This document shows, one piece after another, positions 48,176 to 61,700 of a stretch of DNA of 64,000 nucleotides. The DNA is from Eledone cirrhosa. Lineage: Eukaryota. The notes under the pieces are model-generated. The model saw nothing but the letters and a program-made list of their open reading frames with translations, ran no database searches and had not been told where the DNA came from. The translations under genes were made by a program, and so were the position numbers. How positions within the stretch are numbered: the first letter of the stretch is position 1; each line of letters begins with the position of its first letter. Location: assembly GCA_964016885.1 (NCBI GenBank), contig OZ024741.1:3720001-3784000 (forward strand). Reading direction: 5' to 3'.

Positions 48176-49400
48176 ACATTTACGAACCTTGAAGCGTAGG
48201 TGCCCATCTATCGAGCAAGTATATCTACATGAGACAGATAGGATCATGAGAGTTGGGAAGGAACTCCTCTAGAGATATTCCCTGCGTGATAATCAAAAAC
48301 TCACACCCAGGGAAGTTGCCCAGCAGTACCGCAGCGAATCCATGGCTGAAAAACTGCACGCTTATCAAAAAAACTCATGCATGGATATGTTGCCAGGAGG
48401 CTCCAGAGTGAGAGTAATATAGCTAAACAAAGTAGCCTATCTTGGACCAACAACCGCTATATTGGTTCCCTCTTTGAAGGATACGCTTTTGCAATCCAAG
48501 AACAGGAAATCAACTCGAAATACCTGATTCACAAAAGAGATAGGGATGCAAGCAAAACACCTAGATGCGATAACAAGTGCAGACTCTGCAGAACTAACAT
48601 CGAGGATATCACCCATGTCATCAGAAGCTGTCCAAAGATGTCATCGCGGTACTATCTACCTATGAGGCATGATGTAGTGGCCCAAACACTGTACAATGCA
48701 GTTCGTAAAAAAGATAGCCCCGATAATAAACACATTAAAAGCTACAACAATGTGGAAGACATCCATGTACATAATATGAAAGAGTACTGGTGGAATGTTC
48801 CAGTAGTAAAAACCCCTATAAAATGCAGGCATACCAGACCAGATATTATGATATGGGACAGGGAAAAGAAGGCATGCACAGTAGTGGAAGTTAGCTGCCC
48901 AGCAGATGCCAATATAATATCAAAGATTAGCGAAAAGGAGAATATTTATGCATAACTAATGAGAAATCTGCAAATACTCCACCCTGGCTTTACCTTCAGA
49001 TTTATGCCAGTGATTATTGGGGCACTGGGGTATGTTAGTAACTGCCTCAATACAAATCTTGAGAAGCTGGGCTTCACAGGAACAGAAAGAACACAACTAG
49101 TTAGGAAACTGCAAGTACAATCCATTAATGGAACAGTAAAAATATGTAAAATATTCTAAAAATTCTGCATCTAATAACTGCATATACACATGTACAGATA
49201 CAAAGCGTATGCATATGCAGACATACAACTCAAAACATACACATCCACACATACAATAACATCCATACCCTCACACACATGCATGCATACATATTTACCT
49301 GGTTGATGTGTAAATTCCAATGAGAGAGTCTTGTGTCTATGTTAGAAACCAACTCTCTCTCTATTGGCAAACATTTGCGAAATTATAAAGCCGGAAGAAC
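48176..49400 (+). mobile_element. R4/Dong-like non-LTR retrotransposon, copy 1 (C-terminus, restriction-like endonuclease)
   Basis: AIQEQ, CRLC..E.ITH..C, RHD, RPD..D..VE..CP, K..Y, GALG; (TACA)n on both sides. Confidence 0.88.
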
Positions 49401-49538
49401 ATACATAGATACATACATACATGCATACATACATACATACATGATGGCTGCCCCCTCGTTATCGAGTATGGCCATTGCACGAGAAAAAAAAATAATAATA
49501 ATAAATAAATAAAAAAGAAAATAAAATTAAAAAAATAG

Positions 49539-49578
<40 letters not shown>

Positions 49579-49624
49579 ATATATATATATATACACATAT
49601 ATATATATACACATATACATTAAT

Positions 49625-49822
49625 AACAACAATAATAATAATTGTTTCTACTTTAGGCACAAGGCCAGCAATTACCCAGTGCATTACTGGTACTTTATTT
49701 TATCGACCCCGTAAGGATGAAAGGCAAAGTTAACCTCGGCGGGATTTGAACTCAGACTGTAAAGGGACGTAACTATGCTAGAAAGCATGGCGTCCGACCC
49801 TCTACCCATACTGCCAATTCAC
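49625..49822 (-). mobile_element. tRNA-derived SINE, family 2
   Basis: Same family as 19396-19586; A/B-box-like head. Confidence 0.82.
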
Positions 49823-49934
49823 AATAATAACAACAATAATAATAACAACAACAACAATAATAATATACATATATATATACACACACACGCACACACAAAC
49901 ATATCTATACACACACACACACACACGATAGCAA

Positions 49935-51410
49935 TTAACAGCGCTGCGATCGAATGTGGCTTTTTAGCCCAGCCAATGATCTAAAATGTCTTGCACAGAG
50001 TCGGCAACCAAAACATTCACTGGGAATAGTCGGCTGTGGTTGGAGTTCGTGTACTTTTGCATGTCGCTTGAGCCCTCCTGCTGATTTACATTCTCTACCA
50101 CATGTTTGGCAAGCATGATGAGTAGCATCTCCAACAGCAGCCTGGTAGTCAACCACTGGTCTTACTTTATGACTGCGAAGATGACTTTCGAGTCCAGCTT
50201 TGCTTAGGCAGAGTCTCGCACAGACACTGCATGTCAGCACCATAGGAGGACCCTCGCCGTCTGGAAGTGCAACAGCAATGCCCTTCCTCACATCCCGCTT
50301 TACTTGTCGTATGCGATTCGAGATGCCTCAAAGGCAACTTTTCCCTCATATACAGTCTTTCTCCATTTATTACGATCAGCAGAGATGTTAGCGTCTTTCA
50401 AAGAGGCTTTCAAGGAATCCTTATACCTCTTTTTTGGTTTATGTGGCGGTCGTTTTCCTTTAACCAACTCTCCATAAAAGAGTTGTTTTGGTATTCTAGA
50501 ATCCTTCATCCTGGCAAGGTGACCACTCCAACGGAGTCGTTGCTTAAGCACAAGAGCTTCTATACTGTCACACATAGAGCTTTCCAAAATCTCGACATCA
50601 CTGATGTGGTACCTCCAGTGAACACCATGGATCCGTCTGAGACACATCTGATGGAAACGCTCCAATTGCTTAAGGTGGTGTCGATAAGTGACCCAGGTCT
50701 CGCAGGCATAAAGAAGACAAGAGAGCACACATGCCTTGTACACCTTTACCTTTGTCCTCTTGCATATGTCTCGCCGACCCCAGAGTCGCCTTTCTAGCTT
50801 TCCGAAAGCATCACTTGCTTTCCTAATCCTAAGTGAGATTTCACTGTCAAGGTTGCTGTATTGATTGACAGTGCTTCCCAGGTAGACAAACTGATCAAAC
50901 ACTCCAAGTCGTTTAAAATACACATAGATATTTGGTTCAGTGTACTGCTTACCAGGGGCAGGTTGGTACATGACGACGGTTTTCTTGAGACTGACAGTCA
51001 ATCCTAGGGCAGTGCAAGCGTCAGAAAATGCATTCAAAATGTGCAGCATATCACTCTCTGTGTGTGCTACAAGATCGCAATCATCTGCATATAAGAGGTC
51101 TCTTATGATTGATGTAAATACTTTTGTCTTTGCAGCAAAGCGCCTGATGTTAAATATGCTGCCTGAGGTTCAATATCAGATGTAAACACCATGCTCGCAA
51201 TTCCTGAATGCAATACAGAAAACCATTGCAAAGTATATGACAAACAGGGTCGGTGCTGGAATATCCCCCTGTTTCACTCCATTTTTTACTGAGATAGGCT
51301 CCGACATGTTACCTCCGACATTAACCCAAGCCTTCATGTCGTGATGGAAAGACCTAACTAAAGCAAGGAACTTATCAGGGCAACCAAGTACAACAACTCG
51401 CCCTATTTTC
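49935..51410 (-). mobile_element. RTE (BovB-like) LINE fragment with three C-terminal C2H2-type fingers
   Basis: GVKQGDIPAP, YADD region, YLGS, LLYACETW, RLRWSGH, then CSVC..H..H, CQTC..H..H, CRLC..H. Confidence 0.88.
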
Positions 51411-51464
51411 GTATACATACATACATACATACATACATACATACATACATACATACATACATAC

Positions 51465-53700
51465 GAAATAAGTGAGGGTATCCTTGAGACTGTGATAGGA
51501 AAACTCCAAGATAAGAAAATACCAGGAAGAGACATGATTGTCGGCTACTGGTATAAAAAAACTGATATTCTATCGGAGGTATCTTATCGACCTCTACCAA
51601 CAAGTTCTCAAGGGAGATACACTTATACCAGAATGGTTGGCATTGGCACAAATATTACTGGTCCCCAAGAACAAAGACACCCACTTGGCAAAAAAACTAC
51701 CGACCCATTGCATCCCAGAACCTGATGTATAAGATGTATACAGCCTGCCTGAACCTATTCCTCCAAGATCACTGTGAAAATAAAAGAAAGGGGTTTGGGG
51801 ATGTGCTGAACAACTCCTAATCAACAAAACTGTGATGTCGGAGGTGCGACAACATAGGAGGAATATGGCTACACTCTGGCTGGACTACAGGAAAACTTTT
51901 GATTCTGTTCCCCACTCTTGGATGATAGAGGCCCTCCGACTTGCTAAATCCCAGACATCATTATCAGAGCCACGGAGAAGCTGTCTTCTTCTTGGGCTGC
52001 TATCCTAAACTTAAAAACAGAGCAGGGGGGACTCTATTTTCAATTGATAAAATAGCATATCACAGGGTATATTTCAAGGAGGCAGTCTCTCTGTGATACT
52101 ATTTATCATGTCATTAAACCCCTTGTCCTTTCTACTCAAGAAATGTGAAGGATACATCATTTGCTCACAAGAGGACAGAAATACGAATGTAACCCATAAT
52201 TTATTTGTGGATGATCTGAAACTCTATGCCAAGAACATAGATGGGATGAAAGATCTTGACCTGGTTACAACATTCTCAAAGGATATAGGAATGGAGTTTG
52301 GCCAAGATAAAAGTTCATGTATGACTGTAAAGCAGGGAAACAGTACAACCCAACCTAGCAACATTGTCATCAATGGCCTAACTGTTTCACCGATATCTGA
52401 TGAGGACTGCTACAGATACCTGGGGATAGATGAAAATTTGTCCTATAATGGTATCTTTAATAAGGAACGCGTAACCAGGGAATATTACACCCGATTAAGA
52501 AAAGTATGGTCATCGGAACTCTCTGCGCACAATAAAACAGTGGCTCACAATGTGTTTGCTGTGTCTGTCCTAACACCAACGTTTGGAATACTCAATTGGA
52601 CGATAGACGAAATCCAAGCAGATGATGTTGGAACTCGAAAAATACTAAACAACACCGAAAACGTCCACATCAACAGTGACATAGACCGCCTTTACTTGAA
52701 ACGTAAGTAGAGAGGCAGAGGTCTAACATCAGTCCAGACAGCATTTGAATGTCGCATCATATCTCTCCGATAATATTTACGAACATCGAAGCGTAGGAGC
52801 CCGTCTCTCCAGCAAGTCTATTTGCATGAAACAGATACGATCATGAGAGTTGGGAAGGAATTCCTTGAAAGATATTCCCTGCGTGATAATCAAAACTCAC
52901 ACCCAGGGAAGTTGCCCAGCAGTACCGCAGTGAATCCATGGATGAAAAACTGCATGCTTATAAAAAAAAAATCATGCATGGATATGTTGCCAGGAAACTC
53001 CAGAGTGAGAGTAATATAGCTAAACAAAGTAGTCTATCTTGGATCAACAACCGCTATATTGGTTCCCACTTTGAAGGATACGCTTTTGCAATCCAAGAAC
53101 AGGAAATCAACTCAAAATACATGATTCACAAAAGAGATAGGGATGCAGGCAAAACATCTAGATGTGACAACAAATGCAGACTGCAGAACTAACATCGAGG
53201 ATATAATCCATGTCATCAGCAGCTGTCCAAAGATGTCATCGCGGTACTATCTACCTATGAGGCATGATGTAGTGGCCAAAACACTGTACAATGCAATCCG
53301 TAGAAAAGATAGCCCCGATAATAAACACATTAAAAGCTACAACAATGTGGAAGACATCCATATACATAATATGAAAGAGTACTGGTAGAATGTTCCAGTC
53401 AAAACCTCAATCAAATGCAGGCATAACAGACCAGATATTATGATATGGGACAGGGAAAAGAAAGCATGCACAGTAGTGGAAGTTAGCTTCCCAGCAGATG
53501 CCAATATAATATCAAAGATTAGCGAAAAGGAGAATATTTATGCAGAACTGATGAGAAATATGCAGATACTCCACCCTGATTACACCTTCAGATTTATGCC
53601 TCTAATAACTGCATATACACTCTAATTACTCTAATTACTCTAATTACTGCATATACACTCTCTACTGGCAAAAATTGTGAAATTATAAAACCAGAAGAAC
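51465..53700 (+). mobile_element. R4/Dong-like element, copy 2 (RT plus REL, decayed, 3' deletion)
   Basis: PGRD..GYWYK, FDSVPH, FVDDLKL, YRYLG, CCHC and REL motifs; ends CCAGAAGAAC; (TACA)n on both sides. Confidence 0.9.
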
Positions 53701-53731
<31 letters not shown>

Positions 53732-53740
53732 CATACTTAC

Positions 53741-56243
53741 GAAATAAGTGAGGGTACCCTTGAGACTGTGATAGGAAAACTCCAAAATAAGAAAACACCA
53801 GGAAGAGACATGATTGTCGGCTACTGGTACAAAAAACTAATATTCTATCGGAGGTATCTTACTGACCTCTACCAACAAGTTCTTAAGGGAGATACACTGA
53901 TACCAGAATGGTTGACATTAGCACAAACATTACTGGTCCCCAAGAACAAAGACACCCACTTGGCAAAAAACTACCGACCCATTGCATGCCAGAACCTGAT
54001 GTATAAGATGTATACAGCCTGTCTGAACCTATTCCTCCAAGATCACTGTGAAAATAATAACATCATCACAGATGAACAAGCAGCTGGAAAGAAAAGGGTT
54101 TGGGGATGTGCGTAATCAACAAAACTGCGATGTCGTAGGTGCGACAACTTAGGAGGAATATGACTACAGTCTGGCTGGAATACAGGAAAGCTTTCGATTC
54201 TGTTCCCCACTCTTGGATGATAGAGGCCCTCCAACTTGCTAAAGTCCCAGACATTATTGTCAGAGCCATAGAGAAGCTGTCTTCTTCTTGGGCTACTATC
54301 CTAAGGTTAAAGAAAGAGAGGGAGGACTCTATTTTCACTGATAAAATAAAATATTGCAGGGGTATATTTCAGGGGGACAGTCTCTCTGTGATATTGTTCA
54401 TCTTGTCATTAAACCCCTTGTCCTTTCTGCTCAAGAAATGTGAGGGATACATCATTGGCTCACAGGTGGACAGAAATACGAACCTAACCCATAACTTCTT
54501 TGTGGACGATCTGAAACTCTATGCCAAGAACATGGATGGGATGAAGAAAAATCTTGACCTGGTTACAACGTTCTCAAAGGATATATGAATGGAGTTTGGC
54601 CAAGATAAATGCTCATACATGACTGTAAAGCGGGGAAAAACAACAACCCAATCTAGCAACATTGTCATCAATGGTCTAACTGTTTCACCGATATCTGATG
54701 AGGACTGCTACAGATACCTGGGGATAGATGAGAACATATCATATAAGGGTATCTGTAATAAAGAACGCGTAACCAGGGAATACTACATCCGATTAAGAAA
54801 GATCTGGTCATCGGAACTCTCTGCGCAAAATAAAACAGTGGCTCACAATGTGTTTGCTGTGCCTGTCCTAACACCAACGTTTGGAATACTCAATTGGACG
54901 ATAGACGAAATCCGAGCAGTTGATGTTGGAACTCGAAAAATACTGAACAACACCGGAAACTTCCACATCAACAGTGACATAGACCGCCTTTACTTGAAAC
55001 ATAAGCAGGGAGGCAGAGGCCTAACATCAGTCCGGACAACATTTGAATGTCGCATCATATCTCTCCAACAACATCTACGAACATCGAAGCGTAGGAGCCC
55101 GCTTCTCGAGCAAGTCTATCTGCATGAAACAGATAAGATCATGAGAGTTGGGAAGGAACTCCTTGAAAGATATTCCCTGTGTGATAATCAAAAACTCACA
55201 CCCAGGGATGTTGCTCAGCAGTATCGCAGTGAATCCATGGATGAAAAACTGCATGCCTATCATCAAAAAATCATGCATGGATATGTTGCCAGGAAGCTCC
55301 AGAGTGAGAGTAATATAGATAAGGAAAGTAGTCTATCTTGGACCAACAACCGCTATATTGGCTCCCACTTTGAAGGATACGCTTTTGCAATCCAAGAACA
55401 GGAGATTAGCACGAAATACCTGATTCACAAAAGAGATAGATTTGATAACAAGTGCAGACTCTGCAGAACTAACATCGAGGATATCACCCATGTCATCAGC
55501 AGCTGTCCAAAGATGTCATCGCGGTACTATCTACCTATGAGGCATGATGTAGTAGCCAAAACACTGCACAATGCAGTTCGTAAAAAAGATAGCCCCGATA
55601 ATAAACACATTAAAAGCTACAACAATGTGGAAGACATCCATGTACATAATATGAAAGAGTACTGGTGGAATGTTCCAGTAAAAACCCCAATAAAATGCAG
55701 GCATACCAGACCAGATATTATGATATGGGACATGGAGAAGAAAACATGCACAGTCGTGGAAATTAGCTGCCCAGCAGATGCCAATATAATATCAAAGATT
55801 AGTGAAAAGGAGAATATTTATACAGAAATGATGAGAAATCTGCAGATACTCCACCCTGATTACACCTTCAAATTTATGCCTGTGATTATTGGGGCACTGG
55901 GGTATGTTATTAACTGCCTCAATACAAATCTTGAGAAGAACTAGTTAGGAAACTACAAGTACAATCCATTAATGAAACAGTAAAAATATGTAAAACATTC
56001 CAAAGATTTTGCATCTAATAACTGCATATACACATGTACAGATACAAAGTATATACACATGTACACATACAACTCAAAACATCCACATCCACACATACAA
56101 TAACATCAATATCTATACATGCATACATACATATCTACCTAGTTGATGTTGTGTAAATTCCAATGAGAGAGTCTTGTGTCTATGTTAGAAACCGACTCTC
56201 TCTCTATTGGTAAAACTTTGTGAAATTATAAAACCAGAAGAAC
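53741..56243 (+). mobile_element. R4/Dong-like element, copy 3 (RT plus REL, best preserved)
   Basis: NYRPIAC, KAFDSVPH, GIFQGDSLS, FVDDLKLY, RLYL...GGRGL, CRLC..H..C, RHD, PD..E; ends CCAGAAGAAC then ATACATAC. Confidence 0.93.
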
Positions 56244-56253
56244 ATACATACAC

Positions 56254-56960
56254 GGACAGGATGAGAATGTCAGATATGATGGACCCATAAATAAGGAGAG
56301 AACTAGAACTGAATACCTCAGAAGAGTAAAGAAAATATGGTCATCAGAACTGTCAGCGTACAACAAATACATTGCCCACAATACTTTTGCTGTGCCAATT
56401 CTAACGCCAACATTTGACCTGCTGAACTGGTCATTGCAAGAACTAAGTGAGGTGGGTGTAAGAACTCGCATGCTTCTCAATGTTACTGGAAACATCAATG
56501 GCGATGTGGATATACTATACCTCTTGCGCAAGGAAGGTGGCCAGGGTTGTCTAAAATCCATATTAACATCATATGAGACCCGGATAGTAACATGGAAGCA
56601 ACATCTTCACCAGAAGAAGCAGGTTAGCAGCCATCTTGCCCAGGTTTATGAGCATGAAGGTAATAATATCATTAGGATAGCCACTGATCTGGAGGATAGA
56701 TATGGAATAGGGCCTGATATAAATCTCTCTCCCGGGTCAATGCTCGAACAAGATAAAAAATGGACCAATTCACAGAGAAAGTTGGGTACCTGAGACGAAA
56801 AACACAAAAAAATGGAGGGGGTGAATCATTCGAAAAGCCTGGCATGGAGTTCCGACACGTTTATGACTTCCCACCTTGAAGGATATCTCTATGCAATACA
56901 GGAACAAGAAATCCCTACCAAATTACTGCTTCAGAAAAGAGGAGGGCCATCAGTCAAAAT
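56254..56960 (+). mobile_element. Divergent R4/Dong-like fragment (copy 4, different subfamily)
   Basis: EYLRRVKKIWSSELS..NK..AHN.FAVP..PTF, LYL.RKEGG.G, AIQEQEI. Confidence 0.78.
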
Positions 56961-57010
56961 TAGATTTAGACTTCAGTTCGTAATGGACATGGGTATAACC
57001 ATGTCCATTA

Positions 57011-57048
57011 CGAGCTGAGGATCCGCTAAGGTGAAACAATTGTTCTCG
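57011..57048 (+). ncRNA. Minimal type I hammerhead motif
   Basis: CGAG-CTGAGGA-TCCGCTAAGGT-GAAA-CAATTG-TT-CTCG; perfect palindromic helix III ACAATTGT, weak helix II, (TA)n 40 nt downstream. Confidence 0.6.
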
Positions 57049-57085
57049 GTATGGTGAACTAACTGTTGTGTAACCACTTCTATTG

Positions 57086-57124
<39 letters not shown>

Positions 57125-57154
57125 AAAGAATAGAGGTGTAACACACAAGTTATT

Positions 57155-57454
57155 ATATATTGGTAAGCGGAATAGAAAATGCTGACAAATTGTTCACAGT
57201 TGAAAAATGGTTTAATTAGGAATAAAAGAGTATTAGTAATTGTATGGGTTAGTATTCAGTTAACAACACGGACACTCTATCTCAAAATTATTTTTGAAAA
57301 GCATTTAGAAATGCGCAACCGGTAAAAACTTAAAAACTTAAAACCACAACTGAATACTAACCCATACAATTACTAATACTCTTTTATTCCTAATTAAACC
57401 ATTTTTCAACTGTGAACAATTTGTCAGCATTTTCTATTCCGTTTACCAATATAT
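57155..57454. repeat. Near-perfect inverted repeat, arms about 107 bp (57155-57261 / 57348-57454)
   Basis: Direct reverse-complement match; part of a (TA)n-bounded unit that ends with a hammerhead motif. Confidence 0.88.
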
Positions 57455-57566
57455 ATTATTTTTATTTTTATTTTTATTTTTTATTTCATTCGCACCGTTT
57501 CCTTTCGCTATATGTCTCTCCACCACTCCCCTACACACCCTTTAAACTCTGTTCCCACACACTTCT

Positions 57567-57600
57567 CACCTGAGGAAGGGCTTATGCCCGAAACGTCGTT
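57567..57600 (+). ncRNA. Minimal hammerhead motif, helix I degenerate
   Basis: CAC-CTGAGGA-AGGGC TTAT GCCC-GAAAC-GTC-GTT; palindromic ACGT helix III. Confidence 0.55.
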
Positions 57601-57685
57601 CCCCACCAACACCCCACTCTCCAGAGCGTGAAATTAATAAACATTCGTTGTACTGCCTCTGTTTTGTTCCTGTTCAAATTTTTCC

Positions 57686-57720
<35 letters not shown>

Positions 57721-57731
57721 TGTATAGAAGG

Positions 57732-57782
57732 AGCTTCTACAGGACTAGTACTGTTTCATTCAGATGAAATCTTCAGGAAGCT
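57732..57782 (-). ncRNA. Type I hammerhead ribozyme motif
   Basis: AGCTTC-CTGAAGA-TTTCATCTGAAT-GAA-ACAG TACTAGTC CTGT-A-GAAGCT; 6-bp helix I, 4-bp helix III, GUA site. Confidence 0.75.
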
Positions 57783-58857
57783 GGGTGTCATATTAAGTTC
57801 TGGTATTTATACATTTAGGTAGTGGTAAGGGAGGGGTGGTGGCTGGGGGGGGGATTTTGGGGGGTAGGATGGTATTTAGATACACAGGACCACAACATGG
57901 CACAGGCCGTTTTTTCTTTGGGGAGTGGTCAATTAGCCAGAGTGCTTTTGTAAAATAAAAGGAAAAGAAAAAGAAAAAGTAAATAAATAAGTAAATAAAT
58001 AAATAAATAAATGAATAAATAGATAAATGAATAAATAAATAAAAATAAATAAAAACCCCAAGAATAGTAATTCAACAGATATATAGTAGAGAATTTTTTT
58101 TTAGCTGGGTTGGTATTAGAAGATAAACGAGACCGAATCATGGCACAGACTGAGGTGAGTGGTCAAGTTAACATACAAGCTACAGGTGGCCAGAGTGTTT
58201 TTGTAGAATGGAAAGAATAAAATATATTTACATACTCAGGCCCCGATGAAAAAAGAAACTCGTACATCGGGATGACTTCTAACAGTTTTAAGACTCGCTG
58301 GTACGCCCACACACATTCGTTCCGGCGCCCAGACAAATCTAACCAAACAACACTCGCCGCCCACATCTGGCACCTTAAAAGGAACTCCATCCCCTTCAAG
58401 ACCCAATGGAGACTACTCCAGAGAGCGCGATCCTACACGGGAGGCCATAATTGCTGTGACCTCTGTATCTCCGAGAGCTATGAGATTCTATTCGCCAAAG
58501 GCCCTCTCCTCAACAAGATCTCAGAACACTCCCACAAGAACTATGCAAATTACAAAAACTACAGACCCACCCGGCCCCCCGATTGACCCCTCCCCCATAT
58601 CACCCCCACCCCCGTCCCGCATCCCACTTCCGTCCCTCCATCTCTCATTATTACCTTCTTTCCTCCCCTCTATCTCTCATTATTACCTTCTTTCCTCCCC
58701 TCCAGGTCTTATATATTGTGTTGTATGCCTCTGAGTAAGGTTCCGTGGCCGCACACACAAATTCACGTATATATCTGCTCATGTTTGCATACATGCAGTT
58801 ATGAACTGCTGCACGCACACGTTCGAGATTTATTTATTTATCTATTTATTTGTATAT

Positions 58858-58904
<47 letters not shown>

Positions 58905-59320
58905 GTTATTTTATTTATTTATTTATTTATCTATTTATTTATTTATTTATTTATTTATTTATTTGTTTATTTGTTTATCTGTTTGTTTGTTTGTTTGTTT
59001 GTTAGTTAACTCATTTATTTATTAATTAATAAGTGAATGATTAAGTAATGAATAGATAAAAGATAAAAGATAGGTAATGAATAGTGAATGGTAAATAATA
59101 AATAATAATTAATTACTTGATGATAATATTAATAACTTAGTAGTGATAATAATTATTTTAATCCTCTATCAGGCTCAGTTTATAATTTGTCCCACTACCT
59201 TTTCCCAATATATTATAGATACATGTATGTGTGCGAACGAGTGCGTGTATGTGTATATGTGTTTATGTGTATGTATTTGTATGTGTGTATGTGTATGTAT
59301 GCGTGTGTGCATGTATATGT

Positions 59321-59376
<56 letters not shown>

Positions 59377-59490
59377 ATATATATGTATGTGTAGATATGT
59401 ATGTATATATATATATATGTGTGTATGCATATATATGTGTGTATGTGTATGCGTGTGTGTGTGTATATTTGTGTGTATGTGCTTTTTTCT

Positions 59491-59596
<106 letters not shown>

Positions 59597-60106
59597 GATA
59601 TGCATATATATATGTGTGTGTAAGTGTTTATGTATGTGGTTGTGAGTATGTAAATATATTTTATTCTTTCCATTCTACAAAAACACTCTGGCCACCTGTA
59701 GCTTGTATGTTAACTTGACCATTCACCTCAGTCTGTGCCATGATTCGGTCTCGTTTATCTTCTAATACCAACCCACCTAAAACAATTTCCCTACTATATA
59801 TCTGTTGAATTACTATTCTTGGGGTTTTTATTTATTTTTATTTATCTTTATTTATTTATTCATTTATCTATTTATTCATTTATTTATTTATTTATTTACT
59901 TATTTATTTACTTTTTCTTTTTCTTTTCCTTTTATTTTACAAAAGCACTCTGGCTAATTGACCACTCCCCAAAGAAAAAACGGCCTGTGCCATGTTGTGG
60001 TCCTGTGTATCTAAATACCATCCTACCTCAAAAAATCCCCCCCCATCCACCACCCCTCCCTTACCACTACCTAAATGTATAAATACCAGAACTTAATATG
60101 ACACCC

Positions 60107-60157
60107 AGCTTCCTGAAGATTTCATCTGAATGAAACAGTACTAGTCCCGTAGAAGCT
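60107..60157 (+). ncRNA. Type I hammerhead ribozyme motif (one helix III mismatch)
   Basis: Inverted partner of 57732-57782; core CTGAAGA and GAAA intact. Confidence 0.7.
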
Positions 60158-60264
60158 CCTTCTATACAATAAATATATTTTACTCTGCCATGTATTGAGT
60201 ACCTTACTTACTGTGGTTATCCCCGACTCAACCCGGGACCTACGTATATATATATATATATATA

Positions 60265-61230
60265 TTGTTCTACTTTGGGAGGGTCATGTTGCCAATAAGA
60301 AACACACGCACCAGTGCTTTCACACCAATTTATTATATATTAAAAAATTAGTAATACATACCCTTTTCAAAGACCTCCCTGTATAGATAAGAAATGCATA
60401 ACCTGTAAACTAAGCCCCTATATTAACTGTAAAACTAGAAACATAGTATATAGCATAAGATGTACTGAAGGACAATGTAAAGATAAGAATATAGTGTACA
60501 TAGGTGAGACAGCTCGTAGTATAGGAGAACGGTTAAATGAACACTGGCGAGAGCTTCAAGATAGAAAAAGAATCATCAATACTCCACCAACATGCTAAAA
60601 TAGAACATAAGGGTAAATTAGAGAACATAGAAATAAAAATAAAATCTACACACAGAAAAGACGCAATGTTTAGACAAATCACAGAAGCAATAAACATAAA
60701 TGAACTCCAACCAAAATTAAATAGAAAACATGAATGGAATAGCAACATCACAACTTACAATTAAGGACAAAATGAAAACACACACACATAGAACAAACAA
60801 CCAACCAGTAACATGTAAATAAACAAATAAATAAACAAATAAAAACACACACACAGACACCCGGATGTAACACATGCGCAAACTAAGCACACAACACACA
60901 CACAAACAAAATGGCGTAGGACAGAACAAAGGAGAGGCACAAAACAAAAAAAGAATCCCCAGTCACTGAAGAGGTCACAGAATGTGTGACGAAAGAACTT
61001 TGACAATATATGAACAACCGTCCGGTTGTGGAACCAACCAACCAACCGGAAATTTATAAATTTTTTGAAAAAATGAAAAAAAAATGTTTTTTAATTTATA
61101 ATAAATTGGAGTGAAAAAACTGGTGCGTGTGTTTCTTACTGACAACATGACCCTCCCAAAGTATAACAATATCGGTTTCAACACACGTTTTCAGATAAAG
61201 AATCGTGCTAAACAAATTCAGAAACGAAAT
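60265..61230 (+). mobile_element. Penelope-like fragment: GIY-YIG remnant with short inverted arms (60265-60340 / 61095-61170)
   Basis: NIVYSIRC...YIGETARSIGERLNEH...HAKIEH..R...EAI.I...PKLNR; (TA)n on both sides. Confidence 0.85.
60962..61004 (+). ncRNA. Minimal hammerhead motif
   Basis: GTCA-CTGAAGA-G GTCACA GAATG TGTGAC-GAAA-GAAC-TT-TGAC in the 3' region of the Penelope fragment. Confidence 0.65.
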
Positions 61231-61275
61231 ATATATATATATATATATAGGAAAAAGTATGACCCCGACGGCAGA

Positions 61276-61700
61276 GCTCAAGCCGTTTCGACGAACTATA
61301 TATAAAGTGAAGTTGGGCGTTGTTTGTTTGTTTGTTTGGTGTCCCGAACTTGCAGGCTACACCGTTCATCCGACTTTCATGAAACTTGACACATATATAA
61401 AACTCGACCCCCAGAAGCCAAAATTCGTCCTATTTCGATGAAACTCGACGCAAGTGTGTATTTTGATCCGGGGATGAACGTGGGTTAAATTTTCAAAAAG
61501 TCGATAATCGGACCCCAGAGGCAAAAATCGATACTTTCAGAATTCGTCTAATTTCAATGAAATTTGATATTACCACAATAATAGATCCATTAGGAGTTAC
61601 TCCAAGGCTGCAAAATTTCAGAAAATTTTTTAAAACTTATAAATCATGCGTTAAATGAGACCTTTAAGAGTTAGGGCAGACAATTATTCATAGTTTAATT
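61276..61700 (+). mobile_element. 5' part of a Helitron-like element; right end not determined
   Basis: CTATATATAAAG start, (GTTT)n, CCGAC..TCATGAAACTT motif resembling the 41405 element architecture. Confidence 0.4.
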
